Shown one piece after another: positions 1 through 12,189 of a stretch of 64,000 bases of DNA (position 1 is the stretch's first letter; every line of letters starts with the position of its first letter). This DNA comes from Candidatus Daviesbacteria bacterium RIFCSPHIGHO2_02_FULL_36_13. Its GTDB lineage: Bacteria > Patescibacteriota > Microgenomatia > Daviesbacterales > UBA10151. Made by a program: the position numbers and the translations under genes. The notes beneath the pieces were generated by a model. The model had not been told where the DNA came from, ran no database searches, and saw nothing but the letters and a program-made list of their open reading frames with translations. The stretch spans positions 16,786-80,785 of the forward strand of contig MFCV01000044.1 in assembly GCA_001777015.1 (NCBI GenBank). Direction: 5' to 3'.

Positions 1-219
1 TTCTGTAAAATTAACTGAGGCATTGGCATTCTCTTTTAGAACTTTTTCAATTCCGGCTTCAGCCGCAGAAAAAGCCCTACCTGATTGCTCTACCCTGGTG
101 GCAGTTGATAAATCTACCAAACTTTTTTGAACAACAGAAACTCCCATAGCCAGGGCAACAGACATTATTAAAATAAGAACAAGTACTGCTTGTCCGCTAT
201 TTTTTAAATCTTTTTTCAT
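1..219 (-). CDS. PilX-like minor pilin, N-terminal part (runs off window start)
   Basis: ATG at 219 reads MKKDLKNSGQAVLVLILIMSVALAMGVSVV...RAFSAAEAGIE: a G|Q-type pilin N-terminus plus the AFxAAEAGIE motif; co-oriented with the pilin cluster. Confidence 0.7.
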   Translation of the reverse strand, partial: MKKDLKNSGQAVLVLILIMSVALAMGVSVVQKSLVDLSTATRVEQSGRAFSAAEAGIEKVLKENANASVNFTE

Positions 220-221
220 AA

Positions 222-881
222 TTAACGTAATCCAATTGATGTATTGAAAGTTTCAGAATCAATTGCACCAATTATTCCTGAGTAAGCTTGCGTGTTAGCT
301 CTTACTGTAAATTTTACCGTTACTATATCTTTATACCCGGGAGCAGAATCTATTGTAAAGGAGCCATTTATTACAGACACTCCTGTCGCCTGATTCACAT
401 CGACTAAAGTATTTGGAGACACTAGAGGATTGCCGTCTGTACATACTCTATTTTTAAAGTCTTTACTTGTCTCATCATCTCCTGTTTCCGGACTATCCTG
501 ATAAATTCTATTTGAGTCAAATCGATATCTGGTATAAACTCCACCCTTAACAACTATGAGTGTGGTGTTACTTCCACTGGTGCAAACTACATTATCTGAA
601 TTTCTAACAGTCTTATCTATTGTTTCTAAAACTGCCTGACCATTTTTTTTGATTTGCGAAAGAATTTGAGCTCTATTATTACCCCTCAAAGAACTGGTAA
701 GAATATACAGAACTAAAATGCCGGTCACAGACAAAACAGCTATTACTACCAAAAGCTCCATAAGGGTGAAACCCTTTGAAGCTCTGCTTATAAGGGTGAA
801 ACCATTTGAAGCTCTGCTTATAAGGGTGAAACCCTTTGAAGCTCTGCTTATAAGGGTGAAACCATTTTTTTTCATCATCAT
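222..881 (-). CDS. type IV pilin-like protein with tandemly repeated leader
   Basis: GFTLMELLVVIAVL N-methylation motif preceded by three GFTLISRAS(K/N) repeats. Confidence 0.85.
   Translation of the reverse strand: MMMKKNGFTLISRASKGFTLISRASNGFTLISRASKGFTLMELLVVIAVLSVTGILVLYILTSSLRGNNRAQILSQIKKNGQAVLETIDKTVRNSDNVVCTSGSNTTLIVVKGGVYTRYRFDSNRIYQDSPETGDDETSKDFKNRVCTDGNPLVSPNTLVDVNQATGVSVINGSFTIDSAPGYKDIVTVKFTVRANTQAYSGIIGAIDSETFNTSIGLR
760..867. repeat. 30-bp tandem repeat x3.6 in pilin leader
   Basis: ATAAGGGTGAAACC(C/A)TTTGAAGCTCTGCTT at 760, 790, 820 and a partial copy at 850. Confidence 0.95.
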
Positions 882-1435
882 AATTTTCTAAGTATTGTTG
901 TTAGCTGAGATTGATGACAAAAAGGTATTGACCCGCAGGAAAAGTCTGTCCATTGCACAACTATTGTAATTTTCTTTTCATATAGGTAGAGAGATTGAGC
1001 ATCTGGGAAAGAATCTTCTATCCTAATTTGCCTTCTAAAGGGTTCTACATTATTTATTTCAAAAGTTGTGCTTGTTACTTTTACCAATTGGTTGTTTTCA
1101 AATCTAAAATAGCAGGGTCCATCACCGTCTGCATTATTACAATAGTTTCTTGATAAGAATACACTATAAAGTTCTGAAAAAATATTAACATTTCTAACAG
1201 GATCAGATCCAGGGTAGGGGACATCAGTTGTAATGACACTATCTCTATCTCTCATGCTTCTAACTTTTTCTATCGCCTCCTGAGCAAGTTTTGTGGCCTT
1301 AGATTGATTTTGTGCAAGCTCGGCATTTCTAATAGAAGAAATTGTTGCAAAGGAAAAAGCTCCTAAAATAAGTCCAACAACAGCAATCACTACTATCAGC
1401 TCCAGCAGACTTTGACCTTTTTGATTACTCAACAT
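878..1435 (-). CDS. type IV pilin-like protein (PilV-like)
   Basis: KGQSLLELIVVIAVVG pilin N-terminus; 4-bp overlap with the downstream gene. Confidence 0.85.
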   Translation of the reverse strand: MLSNQKGQSLLELIVVIAVVGLILGAFSFATISSIRNAELAQNQSKATKLAQEAIEKVRSMRDRDSVITTDVPYPGSDPVRNVNIFSELYSVFLSRNYCNNADGDGPCYFRFENNQLVKVTSTTFEINNVEPFRRQIRIEDSFPDAQSLYLYEKKITIVVQWTDFSCGSIPFCHQSQLTTILRKL

Positions 1436-2018
1436 TTATTTGACCCCCTGTGGATACTCTTATATTTTTTCTAATGCTTGTGGTACCTCTTTCATATTTT
1501 ATCTCCACAATGAATCTGGCAATAGGAATTGCAGCAGGAATTACATCAGGATCAGGACACTGTGCAAAGTCACCTTTTGCCAAAATAAGAGTGGGCTTAC
1601 CATAAAGGGTACTGTAGCTTGTGGTAGCAGTGTAGGCTGATTGGGCAGCAAAGTTTGTACTTGTACAAATTGATCCTCCTGAAGAATCAAAGGCTGTTAT
1701 AGTATTAATAGTGACACCCTCAGGCAGAGTCAGGGGAGGGGATTTTTCTACATCGCCTGATTGGGTCTCACAAAATAAGGACAGAGTTTTTTTATCAGTA
1801 TTAAATCTGACTGACCAATTGAAACAAGTACTGTTGTTGTGTATTACTGAGGCTGTGGCATTGGTTTGGGCAGCCCGCAAAAGACTTTGGATCTTATTGA
1901 CTCCATCAGTTAAAATTTGATTTGAGGAAAAAGAAACATAATTTGCATACCCGATAGTGCCTAGAATAGCCATGATTGCAATAACCACCAAAACTTCAAC
2001 GAGAGTGTAGCCTTTCAT
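1425..2018 (-). CDS. type IV pilin-like protein (FimT/GspH-like)
   Basis: MKGYTLVEVLVVIAIMAIL motif. Confidence 0.85.
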   Translation of the reverse strand: MKGYTLVEVLVVIAIMAILGTIGYANYVSFSSNQILTDGVNKIQSLLRAAQTNATASVIHNNSTCFNWSVRFNTDKKTLSLFCETQSGDVEKSPPLTLPEGVTINTITAFDSSGGSICTSTNFAAQSAYTATTSYSTLYGKPTLILAKGDFAQCPDPDVIPAAIPIARFIVEIKYERGTTSIRKNIRVSTGGQINVE

Positions 2019-2019
2019 T

Positions 2020-2523
2020 TTAGGGAACTGTTAATTCAAAATCATATGTTACTGAACCACTGGTTTGATCTGCACAAGCCGCAAGCAGAGATGTTTTATT
2101 TTCCATTTTGGCATATAGACAATAGGAGGTGCAGTTCGCAGGATTATTACAATCAGCTGGGGATGGCACATATTGATAGGGCGGATAATTTGAGGTAATG
2201 GGATCTGCTGGTAAAGATTGCGAGTAGGTTTTCGTCCCTCCTGAATTTCTCAATGCACAACCCATCCGAAACTTGCCATCATCAACTGACGGAGTTGCGG
2301 GACAGCTTCCTGTGCCTAAAACAGGATAATATAGCTGATCAGCGAAATATTGTTCTAAAGCAGGTTGAATGTGAGTAGCTAAATCTGCTTGTCTTTTTGA
2401 ATCTCTGCTATTTTTTAAAACAGTAGAGTAGATGGTCATACCTAAGGTTGCTAAAATGGCCACTATAGACATCACAACCAGAAGTTCAACAAGAGTAAAC
2501 CCGCGGACAGTTAATTTAGGCAT
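2020..2523 (-). CDS. type IV pilin / GspG-like protein
   Basis: RGFTLVELLVVMSIVAIL...SRDSKRQADL...YFADQLYYP; ATG at 2523 preferred over ORF start 2553. Confidence 0.85.
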   Translation of the reverse strand: MPKLTVRGFTLVELLVVMSIVAILATLGMTIYSTVLKNSRDSKRQADLATHIQPALEQYFADQLYYPVLGTGSCPATPSVDDGKFRMGCALRNSGGTKTYSQSLPADPITSNYPPYQYVPSPADCNNPANCTSYCLYAKMENKTSLLAACADQTSGSVTYDFELTVP

Positions 2524-2547
2524 TACAATCATTATATAATATCTTGG

Positions 2548-4146
2548 ATGCAAAAAATATTCCTTTTAGGACTGCTACTTCTCTCTCTTCTACTTTTTAA
2601 GAATCCATTCTCCTCAAACAATATTATTTCCAATTTAGAACCATCTCCTGATTCTATTCACTACCTAAACCCTGTGAAAAGTTTCACTGAGGGCAAAGGA
2701 CTTAATATTTCATATCAGGATAGAATAATACCTGCTCATGTCCCACCTCTTTATAGTTTAATTATCACTCCCTTTTATCTACTAACTTCCGACATAAGAT
2801 CTTTCTATTTTACTAACATTATTCTTGCTCTTATTTCCGCCATTTTATTTTTTAAAATTGTAACAGGAATTTTTAAAAGCAGAACAATTTCAATTCTTCT
2901 TTACCTATCGTTTTGCGCAAATTTAATCGTTTTTCTTTATCCATCCTTTGCCATGGCAGAAAACTTACTCATGACCCTTTATCTTTTATCAATTTGGCTG
3001 CTGATTAGACCGCCAACCCAAAAAACTGTCATTGCTTTATCATTTTTGGCAGTGGCGTTTTTTGCTACCAAATACGTGGCCTGGATTTTAAGTTTATCTT
3101 TAATTTTTATCACTTCTTTTATTGTTATTAAAAAAGCAAAGCATTTAACCTTAATATTGTTTTCATCTTTGATATGTTTTTTCTTAACCTATGTATCCAT
3201 TGAATATCTAACAAAAGGGTTAAATATCTTTGAAAGAATTACTGGTTCAATACCTGATGTATTTAGAGTATTTCAATCATTTTTCCAAACAGTTCCTAGT
3301 AATTTACCTAGGGAATTCTTTTCAAAAAATTATTTTGAAAATAACTTTATCCGCTTTTTGGGTGGTATCACAGGCGGACCTGCTGTGGTTGCAGGGGCCC
3401 ATTTTGTTATTTTACCAATTACTGTTGGGATGGTGTCTATCTTTGCAATCTTTTTAAATTTATTAAGCCCCAAAAATAGAATTCTAAGTTTTTATTTTTT
3501 TATTTCAATTTTGGCAACCATATATTACATCAGCACCTTTTTTGTAGCCGACTCCAGATACTTACTAGAATTTATTCCCGGCTTTTTAATTATCTTTGGT
3601 CTTTTTTTAGAAAGAGTCTGCAATTTTTTATACAAAATAAAAAGAGAAGTATATGCATATATTCTTTTAATCTTTTGTTGGATTTCTATTTTTTTTAACA
3701 CAACACCTGCTGTAGTAAATCAAATTAAAATTAATTTTTTTGGAACAGGAAAATCTGGAAATTACGAGGCCATCGAAACTATGAATAAATTTACCAATAA
3801 ATTGGAAGGCTCCAATAAACCAATTATTATATCTGTTTTATCGCCATATCAGATTGACTTTTTTTCAAATAAAAAATACGATTTGTTGCCCATTTCCAAA
3901 CAGCAATATTTCATCCCCAGCAGTCAAAACGTCTGGGGAATTGATTTGCAAAATTACTCTCTTTCGGACATTTATAAAGGCTTTTTAGAAAAAGGGAGAA
4001 GGGTTTATGTTTCAAATTATTTAACAGGGGAAAAATATTGGTATAAATTTGACCTTTTAAAAATTAAAGAAAACTTTAATCTAATATCTGTTTTTGACGG
4101 ATGCAGTAATCAATGCTCTGTCTATGAACTTAAACTCAAAAATTAG
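2548..4146 (+). CDS. multi-pass membrane glycosyltransferase (GT-C, ArnT/PMT-like)
   Basis: about 12 hydrophobic segments, early PDSIHY loop, HVPPLYS and DSRYLL motifs typical of GT-C enzymes. Confidence 0.6.
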   Translation: MQKIFLLGLLLLSLLLFKNPFSSNNIISNLEPSPDSIHYLNPVKSFTEGKGLNISYQDRIIPAHVPPLYSLIITPFYLLTSDIRSFYFTNIILALISAILFFKIVTGIFKSRTISILLYLSFCANLIVFLYPSFAMAENLLMTLYLLSIWLLIRPPTQKTVIALSFLAVAFFATKYVAWILSLSLIFITSFIVIKKAKHLTLILFSSLICFFLTYVSIEYLTKGLNIFERITGSIPDVFRVFQSFFQTVPSNLPREFFSKNYFENNFIRFLGGITGGPAVVAGAHFVILPITVGMVSIFAIFLNLLSPKNRILSFYFFISILATIYYISTFFVADSRYLLEFIPGFLIIFGLFLERVCNFLYKIKREVYAYILLIFCWISIFFNTTPAVVNQIKINFFGTGKSGNYEAIETMNKFTNKLEGSNKPIIISVLSPYQIDFFSNKKYDLLPISKQQYFIPSSQNVWGIDLQNYSLSDIYKGFLEKGRRVYVSNYLTGEKYWYKFDLLKIKENFNLISVFDGCSNQCSVYELKLKN

Positions 4147-4888
4147 GAAAACGTAAATACCAGTTTAAAATATTAGTTCCCCAAAAAAGGGAGATTAAAC
4201 TAGCTAAAACTAAAAATGGACCAAATGGAATTACCTGACCAAACTTTTTCTTTTTTAAAATTATTAAGGCAACTGCAAAAATAGCTCCTGAAAAGAAAGA
4301 GAGCATAAGAGCCAGAATTCCATTTGGAAATCCCAGCCCAAGTCCTAAAAACATTCCCAACTTAACATCTCCGCCTCCCATGCCTTTGCCGCGGGTTATA
4401 ATTATTAAAATCAGAAAAAATCCTGCTATTACAAGTCCTGTTAGAAGAGAATCTAAAAAGTAATTATCAAAAATCATAAGATAAATAAGAGAAATTCCAA
4501 TTGATGGCAAGATTATAGAATCCGGAATAAGCATTTCTTTTAAATCTGTTAAGAAAATAATCCCTAAAATTGTTATGAAAAAGACATGAAAAATTAGACT
4601 TGGGGAAATTATTGGATTTAGGAAAAATAGCAGTCCTGTTAAAATTCCCATCCCAATTTCTACTAAAGGATACTCTATGCCAATTCTACTTTTGCAATAT
4701 CTACATTTCCCACCCAAAACAAAATAAGAAAGGATGGGTATAAGATCAAACCAAACCAGGGATTTTTTACACTTAGGACAATACGACCGCCCAGAAAAAG
4801 TTTCTTCTCTTAGGCTCCTATCAGCAAGAGCCTTAACAAGACTTCCTAAAATTGTACCTATCAAAAATCCAAAAAAGGCTGGAATCAT
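4136..4888 (-). CDS. pilD: prepilin peptidase
   Basis: RSYCPKC..L.WFDLIPILSY..LGGKCRYC zinc motifs, GMGGGDVKL, IPFGPFL. Confidence 0.95.
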   Translation of the reverse strand: MIPAFFGFLIGTILGSLVKALADRSLREETFSGRSYCPKCKKSLVWFDLIPILSYFVLGGKCRYCKSRIGIEYPLVEIGMGILTGLLFFLNPIISPSLIFHVFFITILGIIFLTDLKEMLIPDSIILPSIGISLIYLMIFDNYFLDSLLTGLVIAGFFLILIIITRGKGMGGGDVKLGMFLGLGLGFPNGILALMLSFFSGAIFAVALIILKKKKFGQVIPFGPFLVLASLISLFWGTNILNWYLRFPNF

Positions 4889-6088
4889 TTATATTGATGT
4901 AGTGAGCTGATATATTGGCAATAGAATTGAGATTGCCAAAAATGCCACTCCCAGTCCTAAAACAACAAATATCAAAGGTTCTATAGCCACAGTTAAATTT
5001 TTAACCAGGTGATCTGATTCTGATTCAAAATATTGAGCCAGTTTAAAAAATATTTCATCAACTTTACCTGTTTCTTCTCCAACTTTAACCATTTGGCTAA
5101 CTATTTTTGGAAAATTTTCTTGAGTTAGAAGTAAAGATAAAGGCAGTCCTTTTTCAACTCCAGCATAAGCATCTTTTAAAGCACTTTTAAAAACTTTATT
5201 TTCAGTTAAAGAAGAGACTATGGCAATTGATTCCAAAAGGGGAATGCCAGCAGATATTAAAAGTCCAAAGGTTCTGGTGAAGTTTGTCAAAATTACAGAG
5301 GTGATTATTTTTCCAATAATAGGCAATTTTAAAAGCAGTTTTGAGACAAAATAACTTCCTTCTTCTGTTTTCATCCACTTATTTAAAGAAAGTCTTCCTG
5401 CAGTAATGATTATTAATCCTACCCACCAAAAGTTAATAAACAAGTTGGAAGAACCTATTAGAATTTTTGTTGGGAGAGGTAAGTCAATCGCTGATTCCTT
5501 ATATAAATCGGTTAATTTCGGGATAACAAATACCATCATAATAATAATGACCACTATCATAAGAGCGATAATAACCATAGGATAAATCATTGCTCCTTTT
5601 ATCCTGGCCTGAAATTCTCTTTCTTTTTCTAAATTATCCGCCATTTGAGTTAGCACCTGATCCAGCTTTCCTGATTCTTCACCGCTTTTAACTAAATTTA
5701 CATAAAGATTTGGGAAAATCTGAGGGTGCTTTCCTAAAGCTTGTGCCAGAGCCAATCCTCCTTTAACATCCTGGGAAATTTCAGATAAAGCCTTTTTTAA
5801 AACTTTATTTGTCTGTTGTTCTTCTAAGATATCTATAGCCTCTGATAAAACTAAACCACTGGAAATCATTGTAGCTAGTTGTCTTGTGATAACAACTAAG
5901 GTTGAAAAATTAATCCCGCTTGTAAATTTGGCTAGAAATCTGTTTATTGCTGGTTCTTTGTTATCAACTGAAATAACAATCAATCCTTTTTTTCTTAAGG
6001 TTGTTACAGCTGAGTGTGCATCATTGGCTTCAATAGTGCCTTTTTTTTCTTCACCATCAGGACTTTTAGCTAGGTATTTAAATTCCAT
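4889..6088 (-). CDS. pilC: type IV pilus platform protein (GspF family)
   Basis: TRQLATMISSG, GEESGKLD, IYP, GEETGKVD, IEP repeats. Confidence 0.95.
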   Translation of the reverse strand: MEFKYLAKSPDGEEKKGTIEANDAHSAVTTLRKKGLIVISVDNKEPAINRFLAKFTSGINFSTLVVITRQLATMISSGLVLSEAIDILEEQQTNKVLKKALSEISQDVKGGLALAQALGKHPQIFPNLYVNLVKSGEESGKLDQVLTQMADNLEKEREFQARIKGAMIYPMVIIALMIVVIIIMMVFVIPKLTDLYKESAIDLPLPTKILIGSSNLFINFWWVGLIIITAGRLSLNKWMKTEEGSYFVSKLLLKLPIIGKIITSVILTNFTRTFGLLISAGIPLLESIAIVSSLTENKVFKSALKDAYAGVEKGLPLSLLLTQENFPKIVSQMVKVGEETGKVDEIFFKLAQYFESESDHLVKNLTVAIEPLIFVVLGLGVAFLAISILLPIYQLTTSI

Positions 6089-6089
6089 A

Positions 6090-7142
6090 TCATTCCACCA
6101 ATTTATTCAGAAGTTCGGGTCGGAGAGTATATTTTAGAGCCACTTCCTGAGAAATTTGTCCTGTTTTAATTAACTCAGCTAAAGACTTTTCTAAAAGCTG
6201 CATTCCAAAACCAGCTGAGGTTTCTATCATATTATCTAAAAGATAAGTTTTCTTTTCCCGGATGACATTTCTAACAGCAGGAGTTGCAAATAAAATTTCC
6301 GATGCTAAAATTCTGCCTGGTTGAATAGTTGGTATAAGTCTAAGAGATAAAATAGCTTCTAAAGTTGATGCTAACTGAAGCCTAATTTGAGGCTGCTGCT
6401 CCTCTGGAAATACATCAATAATACGGTCAATTGACTGAGCGGCAGAATTTGTATGAAGAGTAGCAAAAACTAGATGGCCAGTCTCTGCAATAGTCATGGC
6501 TGAAGAAATTGTTTCAAAATCACGCATTTCACCAACCAAAACAACATCCGGATCTTCCCTTAACACTGCCCTTAAAGCATTATTCCAGGACCTTGTATCC
6601 TTATACATTTCTCTTTGTTCAATCAAAGATTTTCCTTTGGGGTATACATACTCAATAGGATCCTCAACTGTCACAACATGTACAGCTCTTTCCTGATTAA
6701 TTTTATCAATAAATGAAGCTAAGACTGTAGATTTTCCATGACCTGTCGGACCTGTCACTAAAACAAATCCCTGCTTAATTTCTGTTAATTTAGTAACCAC
6801 TTCAGGAAGACCTAAACTTTTTAAAGGCGGGATGGCAAATGGAATTAATCTTAAAGAGGCTGCACTATGACCTTTTTGTCTGTAAATATTAGCTCTAAAT
6901 CTGGCCTTACCTTCATAATCAAAAGAAAAATCTACTTCATAATTTTGATTATAAATGTTTTTTTGAATTTCAGAGAGGAGGGGAAAGATTAAACTTTCTA
7001 CCTGTTCCTGAGTGGAGGGAACTTCCCCTGGGACAGGTATAAGATCTCCATGAATACGCAAAATTGGAGGAAATCCAACTGAAATATGTAAATCAGAAGC
7101 ATTTCTTTGGACTGTTAGTTCTAATAATTGTTGTATGTTCAT
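6090..7142 (-). CDS. pilT: type IV pilus retraction ATPase
   Basis: ASDLHI, GPTGHGKST, EDPIEY, LREDPDVVLVGEMRD, AETGHLVFATLH. Confidence 0.95.
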   Translation of the reverse strand: MNIQQLLELTVQRNASDLHISVGFPPILRIHGDLIPVPGEVPSTQEQVESLIFPLLSEIQKNIYNQNYEVDFSFDYEGKARFRANIYRQKGHSAASLRLIPFAIPPLKSLGLPEVVTKLTEIKQGFVLVTGPTGHGKSTVLASFIDKINQERAVHVVTVEDPIEYVYPKGKSLIEQREMYKDTRSWNNALRAVLREDPDVVLVGEMRDFETISSAMTIAETGHLVFATLHTNSAAQSIDRIIDVFPEEQQPQIRLQLASTLEAILSLRLIPTIQPGRILASEILFATPAVRNVIREKKTYLLDNMIETSAGFGMQLLEKSLAELIKTGQISQEVALKYTLRPELLNKLVE

Positions 7143-7197
7143 AATTTTGTTCCTTCAAAATTTCAAGGTCCTGTGATGAGCAGGTTCTTATATAATC

Positions 7198-8916
7198 TTA
7201 ATCCTGTGCCACCCTTAGAACTTCTTCCATTGTTGTAACCCCCTCTAGCACTTTTAAATATCCATCCTGCTTCATTGTAATCATGCCAGAAGCCACTGCT
7301 GAAGCTTCTATATCTCCGCTTGATGCATGCTCCATCACCAGTTTTGTAATAGCATCTGTCATAATTAAAACCTCAAAAATTCCAATTCTTCCTAGATAGC
7401 CTGTATTGGCGCAAAACTTACATCCCTGTCCTTTATATAGTTTAAGAATGGCACTCTGATTGGCGGGTATAAAGTTTTTCAATACAGCTTTTATATTTTC
7501 TGTAACTTCAGGAGAGGCATTAAATTCCACCCTGCAGTGAGCACAAATTTTTCTTACCACTCTTTGAGCTAGAGCAGCATATAAAGAAGATGCTAAAAGA
7601 AATGGTTCAACTCCCATATCCAAAAGCCTGGGTGGAGCACCTGCAGCAGAATTTGTATGGAGAGTAGAAAAAACCTGATGACCTGTAAGAGCTGCCTGTA
7701 TGGCTAAATCTGCAGTTTCTGTATCACGAATTTCTCCTACAAATATAATATTCGGATCCTGTCTTAAAAAGGATCTTAAAGCAGATGCAAAAGTTAGTCC
7801 AACAGCAGCATTAACTTGCACCTGGTTTACCCCTGGAATCTGATATTCAACAGGATCCTCAATTGTGACAACATTAACCTTAGTGGTAGAAATTTTGGAA
7901 AGAACAGAATAAAGAGTAGTTGTTTTACCAGATCCTGTGGGGCCGCATACTAAAATAATACCGTGTGTTCTAAGCATTTGAGACTCTAGGGATTTAAATT
8001 GGGCACCTCTTAATCCCAGTTCTAAAAGAGTTGGGGCAGATGTGGATTTAGGCAAAAGTCTCATAACTACTTTTTCTCCATGCACTGTAGGGATAGTGGA
8101 CACACGTAAATCTACAGATTCTGAACCGGAAGTAAATGTAAAACGCCCATCCTGAGGAAGTCTTTTTTCATCTATTTTTAGGGTAGATAAAATCTTAATT
8201 CTGGAAACTAAAGCATCATGAACCCCTTTTGGCAGCAAGATCTTTTCCTGCAAAATCCCATCTATTCTGTATCTGACCCTGGTTCTATTTTCCTGAGGCT
8301 CAATATGAATATCGGAAGCACGGACTTTGACAGCATATTCCAAAAGCTCATTTATAATATTAGATACAGGAGCTTCTCTTACAACCTCAGGTCCAGCAGC
8401 TACCGCTTCTTCCGGCTTAACTGCCTGAACCTCTCTTAATGCAGAGGTAACCTCTGAAGTTAAATTTTGTGAATACTGATCATTAATTGCTTTTATAATA
8501 TCTTCAGGCAAAGCCAAATACGGCCTTACCCTAAGCCCTGATCTTTTCTCAATAAATTGGATAATTTGAATATCTAAAGGATCTTCCATAGCCACCCAAA
8601 GCTCATCACCTGTTTTCTCAAAAGGGATAGTTTTATAGCGGCGGGCGGCTGGCTCAGGAACCAAACTTAAAATATCAGCAGCTATTGCCTTACCTTCCAG
8701 TTTTATAAAAGGAACATTTAAAATTTGAGCTTTGGCTTGAGTAATTTTATCCTGGGGGACTAAATTATGCTGCAGTATCAGTTGATCAATTGTTGTTCCT
8801 GAATTTAAGCTTTCCTGCTTTAAAGCTGAAATTTGATCCCCGGTTAAAAGACCTTGTTTAGAAAGAATCTCTTCAATTGTATCGCCACTTGGAGCAGAAG
8901 CCGTGGTTTTGGGCAT
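7198..8916 (-). CDS. pilB: type IV pilus assembly ATPase (GspE/PilB)
   Basis: GPTGSGKTTTLY, LRQDPNIIFVGEIRD, tetracysteine motif, N-terminal extension. Confidence 0.95.
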   Translation of the reverse strand: MPKTTASAPSGDTIEEILSKQGLLTGDQISALKQESLNSGTTIDQLILQHNLVPQDKITQAKAQILNVPFIKLEGKAIAADILSLVPEPAARRYKTIPFEKTGDELWVAMEDPLDIQIIQFIEKRSGLRVRPYLALPEDIIKAINDQYSQNLTSEVTSALREVQAVKPEEAVAAGPEVVREAPVSNIINELLEYAVKVRASDIHIEPQENRTRVRYRIDGILQEKILLPKGVHDALVSRIKILSTLKIDEKRLPQDGRFTFTSGSESVDLRVSTIPTVHGEKVVMRLLPKSTSAPTLLELGLRGAQFKSLESQMLRTHGIILVCGPTGSGKTTTLYSVLSKISTTKVNVVTIEDPVEYQIPGVNQVQVNAAVGLTFASALRSFLRQDPNIIFVGEIRDTETADLAIQAALTGHQVFSTLHTNSAAGAPPRLLDMGVEPFLLASSLYAALAQRVVRKICAHCRVEFNASPEVTENIKAVLKNFIPANQSAILKLYKGQGCKFCANTGYLGRIGIFEVLIMTDAITKLVMEHASSGDIEASAVASGMITMKQDGYLKVLEGVTTMEEVLRVAQD

Positions 8917-8941
8917 ATATTCATTATGTTAGAATTGCCTT

Positions 8942-9571
8942 ATGATTGCAAGGCTTCTTATTTCAAACTCAAAAGATTATATAAAAAAAGAGATTGAGAC
9001 AATAATAAATCTTCCTAGAAATCATCCTGATATTCTTTATTTTGAATCCGGCTCTAAGCTGGGGATTGTGGATGCCAGAAAAATAAAAGATCATTTTTCC
9101 TTAAAGCCATACTCAGCCAAAGGCAGGACAGTGGTTTTGGAGGATGCCACAACTCTCACAGTTGATGCTCAAAATGCCCTTTTAAAAACTTTGGAAGAAT
9201 TACCAGAGGAGGGAATGATTGTTTTGGGTGCAACCTCAGATGCTAAGCTTTTACCAACCATTCTTTCAAGATGTCAGGTTATTCATCTTTCAAACCCCAC
9301 GTCGCAAGCTACTCCCACCTCCGAGGTAGGATATGAGGATGTGGAAAAGTTATTAACAGCCTCGATAGAGGAGAGATTTGAATATATTGAGAAACTTAAA
9401 CAAAGAGAGGAGTTTCTATATTCCATGACCAAATATTTTCACAAACAACTTCCTTTATATAATGATTTCTCAAAAGAACTTCTGCAGGCAGAGGAGTGGG
9501 CAAAGGCAAATGTAAACATAAGAGCTATTTTGGAATATTTAATGTTGATAATGCCAAAAAGGGGCTCATAA
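8942..9571 (+). CDS. holB: DNA polymerase III delta-prime-like subunit (short form)
   Basis: HPD, AQNALLKTLEE, LLPTILSRC motifs. Confidence 0.8.
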   Translation: MIARLLISNSKDYIKKEIETIINLPRNHPDILYFESGSKLGIVDARKIKDHFSLKPYSAKGRTVVLEDATTLTVDAQNALLKTLEELPEEGMIVLGATSDAKLLPTILSRCQVIHLSNPTSQATPTSEVGYEDVEKLLTASIEERFEYIEKLKQREEFLYSMTKYFHKQLPLYNDFSKELLQAEEWAKANVNIRAILEYLMLIMPKRGS

Positions 9572-9610
9572 TAAGTTGACTTTGAACTAAAAAAATTATA
9601 GCATTCAATT

Positions 9611-9925
9611 ATGGTAGAAGTATTTACCGAAGATAGAGCAATAGAAGGTTCTAATCATCCAGCAGAGGAACAAGAAGTTGTTTTAAAGAGTAGGTTTATT
9701 TCTCTACTTCCTCCAATGGTAACTGGTCAAATTGCTCTCTTAAGCTTAACTGGTCGCTCCAAAGTTATTGATGAGAGTGGGGATGAAATTGCAGTTACCA
9801 GAGAAGAGTTAAAAAATAAAGTTAAACAAATTCAACAACCAGAGGGATATACATTACCACTCTTCCAAACTGATATAGTCCGTTCTGCCCAAAGACCCAC
9901 CTTCAGAAGGAATAGACGTAGATAA
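9611..9925 (+). CDS. hypothetical protein
   Basis: ORF with a TTGACT/-10-like promoter upstream; no family recognised. Confidence 0.55.
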   Translation: MVEVFTEDRAIEGSNHPAEEQEVVLKSRFISLLPPMVTGQIALLSLTGRSKVIDESGDEIAVTREELKNKVKQIQQPEGYTLPLFQTDIVRSAQRPTFRRNRRR

Positions 9926-9945
9926 AAGAGTGATATAATAAGTTT

Positions 9946-10143
9946 ATGAGTGAGTCAAGCGGTGATAATAACAGTCAAATAGGCATAGTAAGTAGCGAGG
10001 GAAAGATATTAAGACCCGATGTCCCACCAGTTGTACGCAGTAAAACAGGACCTGGTGAGCCAAGGTTTAGCGATGAGGGAGTTTTAAGACAAAGAAAAGG
10101 TAAAGTCAGCAAACAACCATCCCTAGTAAGAGTCGGAAGATAA
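9946..10143 (+). CDS. small hypothetical protein
   Basis: TGaTATAAT ends 6 nt before the ATG. Confidence 0.5.
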   Translation: MSESSGDNNSQIGIVSSEGKILRPDVPPVVRSKTGPGEPRFSDEGVLRQRKGKVSKQPSLVRVGR

Positions 10144-10188
10144 GCCCCTTTTCACCTAGATATCTTTCTTTTATTGTGCTAAACTTAA

Positions 10189-12138
<1,950 letters not shown>

Positions 12139-12152
12139 TTCTACCCCATAGT

Positions 12153-12181
12153 TTGATTTTAGCTTCAATTTCTGGTATAAT
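12153..12181 (+). promoter_or_regulatory. sigma70-type promoter
   Basis: TTGATT-17 nt-TATAAT with extended TG; ATG at 12190. Confidence 0.65.
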
Positions 12182-12189
12182 TATTGTTT

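Noticed and set aside
760-867. CRISPR array
   Set aside because: The units are contiguous with no unique spacers and lie in frame in a pilin leader.
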